A DNA stretch of 64,000 nucleotides from assembly GCA_040954595.2 (NCBI GenBank), contig CM082593.2, positions 11,607,477-11,671,476 of the forward strand, in the 5' to 3' direction. The translations under genes and the position numbers were made by a program. The notes under the pieces are model-generated. The model saw nothing but the letters and a program-made list of their open reading frames with translations, did no database searches and had not been told where the DNA came from. Below are positions 60,129 through 64,000 of this stretch, piece after piece (the first letter of the stretch is position 1; every line of letters starts with the position of its first letter). The DNA is from Balanoglossus misakiensis. Its lineage: Eukaryota > Animalia > Hemichordata.

Positions 60129-63100
60129 CAAATTGTGGCTTAAATTGTTATTTTCGTGTTGAATGCCGCCAGTGTCACTGCTTTTAAAAGTCATAAAAAC
60201 TTTTAACATACAAGCAATTGTTTATATATGATCAGGTCACCGAATTAAAAAATAAAGAATGTTTTGCCTAAAATGACCTTTTTGGTGCAATAACGAATAA
60301 AACGCAATTTTGTATTTAATCAGCTCATTCACAGTGCATTTTTTATAATCAGCACCATTTTTACATATAATGGAAATTTCATACATCATCAGATATCCAA
60401 ATATGAAAAAATGATTTAGATTTTAGATGATTGTCCAAAATTAGCTGATATCTAATAAATGTAGTATTGAACCGTTCTGTTCCCCCCCCCCCCTACATTA
60501 TATGCGGTACGCCGATGTCAGCTTACCCGGCAGTACTGCAGGCTGTGCCCCCAACTAACGTCAGTGTTTGAAACGCCGTGGTTAAATTCGGGCTTTCTCT
60601 ATAAATTGACAGGCAATAATGCGGTCCTACCCGAACAAATGTCAAGTGTTGAACCGCTGTGACTTTCCCTCTTCGGTTTGCCCGACTTAGCCAACGTCTT
60701 TGTACTAGAGTGTCGGGTCTTTTGCAGAGCCAGGCCGAAGGAAATCCGACTTGATCACCGTTGCTAACGAACGCTAGTGTCTGTCATGGAGTGCCGGGGT
60801 TTTAGTCGAGCCAGGCCGTAGGAGATCTGACTTGATCATCGTGGTCAATGTACGCGTGTTTCCGCTCTAAAGTGCCGGGGCTTCAGCTAAACCAGGCCGT
60901 AGGAAATCCGACGTAATCACCGTTGATAACTTACGCCAGTCAGTGTCATATAGAGCCGGTGCACCAGCCGAGTCACGCCGTAGGAAATCTGACTTGATCA
61001 ACGTGGTCAATGTACGCCTGTTTCTGCTCTAGAGTGCCGGGGCTTCAGCTGAGCCAGGCCGTAGGAAACCCGACGTGGTTACCGTTGTTAACTTACGCCA
61101 GTCTGTGTCCTATATATAGTGCCGGGGCATCAGCCGTGCCAGGCCGAAGGAAATGTGAGTAGATCAACGTGGTCTCTGTACGCATGTTTCTGCTCTAGAG
61201 TGCCAGAGCTTTAGCCAAGGCATGCCGTAGGAAATCTGACTTGATCAACGTTGCTAACGAACGCTAGTGTCTGTCATAGTAAGCCTGTGTTTTAGTCGAG
61301 CCAAGCCGTAGGAGATCAGACTTGATCAACGTGGTCTCTGTACGCGTGTTTCTGCTCTAGAGTGCCGGGGCTTTATCCAAGCCATGCCGTAGAAAATCTG
61401 ACTTGATCACCGTTGCTAACGTACGCTAGTGTCTGTCATATTGTGACGGAGATTTAGCCGAGCCAGGCCGTAGAAAAATCGATTTGTTGAACGTTACCAG
61501 TGTGCAACTGTTTCTGCTCTAGAGTGTCAGGGTTTTAGCCGACTTATGCTGTAGGAAATCTGAGTTGATGAATGGGAATTCAATGTTAGAAAACCCGTGT
61601 GGAAAGTATCTCTACCCGTTTGAAACTAAGAAAAGAATTTATTCTTATTTATTTTGTAAAAAAGACAATTTTTCGAAAAACAGTCGAAAATGGTAATTTT
61701 GTCTTGGGTGATTCAAATTATTCCGCCTTTTCTTGAATTTGCAGCACTTTTTACAAGAGAACGACACTTCATGCTCCATAATATTTCCGAAAATGAAGAA
61801 AAGAGTTAATTTTTTATGATTTTTTAAAAATTTACCATTTTTGTCAAAATATGGCCAAAATGGCTATTTTTTCTTCAATTCCGTCAATATCTCAGCATTT
61901 TTGGTGTGGTCGAAACTTTTAACATACAATCAACATGTCATATATAATCAGGGCACCGAATTCGAAGAACAAATACAGCTTTTATTAATTGTTTTTCTAA
62001 AAATGACATTTTCAAGCAAAATTTGATAACATGCAATTTTGTCTGCAGTGAGCCAAATTAGACTGTCTTTTGTGGAAATTGTATCGATATATACATACGA
62101 ATGGCATTCTATACTCCATCAGATTACCGAAAATGTAGGAAACAGTTATTTTTCGTAATTTTGAAAAATTTACCATTTTGACCAAATTGTGGCTAAAATT
62201 TTTATTTTCGTGTTGAATGCCGCCAGTGTCACTGCTTTTAAAAGTCATAAAAACTTTTAACATACAAGCAATTGTTTATATATGATCAGGTCACCGAATT
62301 AAAAAATAAAGAATGTTTTGCCTAAAAATGACCTTTTTGGTGCAATAACGAATAAAACGCAATTTTGTATTTAATCAGCTCATTCACAGTGCATATTTTA
62401 TTATCAGCACCATTTTTACATATAATGGAAATTTCATACATCATCAGATATCCAAATATGAAAAAATGATTTAGATTTTAGATGATTATCCAAAATTAGC
62501 TGATATCTAATAAATGTAGTATTGAACCGTTCTGTTCCCCCCCCCCCCCTACATTATATGCGGTACGCCGATGTCAGCTTACCCGGCAGTACTGCAGGCC
62601 GTGCCCCCAACTAACGTCGGTGTTTGAAACGCCCTGGTTAAATTCGGGCTTTCTCTATAAATTGACAGGCAATAATGCAGTCCTACCCGAACAAATGTCA
62701 AGTGTTGAACCGCTGTGACTTTCCCTCTTCGGTTTGCCCGATTAGCCAACGTCTTTGTACTAGAGTGTCGGGTCTTTTGCAGAGCCAGGAAGAAGGAAAT
62801 CCGACTTGATCACCGTTGCTAACGAACGCTAGTGTCTGTCATGGTGTGCCGGGGTTTTAGTCGAGCCAGGCCGTAGGAGATCTGACTTGATCATCGTGGT
62901 CAATGTACGCGTGTTTCCGCTCTAAAGTGCCGGGGCTTCAGCTAAACCAGGCCGTAGGAAATCCGACGTAATCACCGTTGATAACTTACGCCAGTCTGTG
63001 TCATATAGTGCCGGTGCACCAGCCGAGTCACGCCGTAGGAAATCTGACTTGATCAACGTGGTCAATGAACGCCTGTTTCTGCTCTAGAGTGCAGGGGCTT

Positions 63101-63558
63101 CAGCTGAGCCAGGCCGTAGGAAACCCGACGTGATTACCATTGTTAACTTACGCCAGTCTGTGTCCTATATATAGTGCCGGGGCATCAGCCGTGCCAGGCC
63201 GAAGGAAATGTGAGTAGATCAACGTGGTCTCTGTACGCGTGTTTCTGCTCTAGAGTGCCAGGGCTTTAGCCAAGCCATGCCGTAGGAAATCTGACTTGAT
63301 CAACGTTGCTAACGAACGCTAGTGTCTGTCATAGTGTGCCGGGGTTTCAGTCGAGCCAAGCCGTAGGAGATCAGACTTGATCAACGTGGTCTCTGTACGC
63401 GTGTTTCTGCTCTAGAGTGCCGGGGCTTTATCCAAGCCATGCCGTAGAAAATCTGACTTGATCACCGTTGCTAACGTACGCTAGTGTCTGTCATATTGTG
63501 ACGGAGATTTAGCCAAGCCAGGCCCTAGAAAAATCGACTTGTTCAACGTTACCAGTGT

Positions 63559-64000
63559 AGTAACCTCGATGTGCCGTCTCAAATGGTGCCCTAATTCACA
63601 TCAAAGGCCACAGGGTTCTATAGTATTTGCCGTTAACTAACTGGAGCTCACCATCGCCGACGAACATTCCTTGTCAGATGTCACAGAAAACGCTGCTCGG
63701 AACTTTACACGAACATTTAATGACTGAACACACAACACTGGCACTGGATGATGCGTCGCGGTGGTTGAAGTTTCCGTAGAAAACTGGCAAAAATCCCCAG
63801 GCTAACTGTGCAAAAGTCCTCACATGTGCGCCATGGAATTTTCCAGATATTTTCTAAACAAAAGCGCATGCGCTAATGTACTCACAGCGCGAGGGCGCTA
63901 GACTAAATATTTCAGTTTCTCTAAGAACTGGGCGTCCTTACACCAGCCCCCAAATTGTTCATCAAAAAACATTAACAATTTCCATCCTAGCAAATTCAAA
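63559..64000. other. Unclassified non-satellite sequence (probable further insertion or array border)
   Basis: The satellite stops abruptly after TTACCAGTGT; what follows matches nothing else in the window. Confidence 0.5.

Larger units (their letters stand above)
2989..63558. repeat. Tandem macrosatellite array, composite unit ~1.6-2.1 kb, interrupted by TEs
   Basis: The unit head GAACGGGAATTCAATGTTAGAAAACCCGTGTGGAAAG recurs near 3143, 6847, 8901, 10760, 13270, 19484, 26190, 28238, 38215, 40280, 41925, 43901, 45625, 47402, 49371, 51429, 53069 and 61571, all in one orientation. Array segments: 2989-11811, 12609-13944, 16284-20453, 25716-28851, 36690-53681, 60129-63558. Confidence 0.97.

Overview
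Eukaryotic DNA, probably from a marine invertebrate (inferred from the TE content), made almost entirely of repeats; no intact host gene was found. The backbone (about 2989-63558) is a tandem macrosatellite with a 1.6-2.1 kb composite unit: an AT-rich block of degenerate ~165-170 bp monomers, a poly-C linker and a variable run of 81-bp monomers. Inserted in or bordering it are: the 3' end of a Gypsy LTR retrotransposon (1-2988); a TTAA-flanked MITE (11812-12608); a Helentron/DINE-1-like non-autonomous element (13945-16283) whose end was re-amplified by the array; two copies of one BEL/Pao insertion (28852-36689 and 53682-60128), the first with a nested CR1-group LINE fragment; and an unclassified sequence at the right edge. 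The most notable feature is a 3'-truncated, spliced RAG1/Transib-superfamily transposon (20454-~25715) that starts with CAC. It encodes a RAG1-type N-terminal zinc domain, a RING finger and a zinc finger fused to a divergent RAG1-like catalytic core. It is pseudogenised, and no RAG2-like gene is visible.
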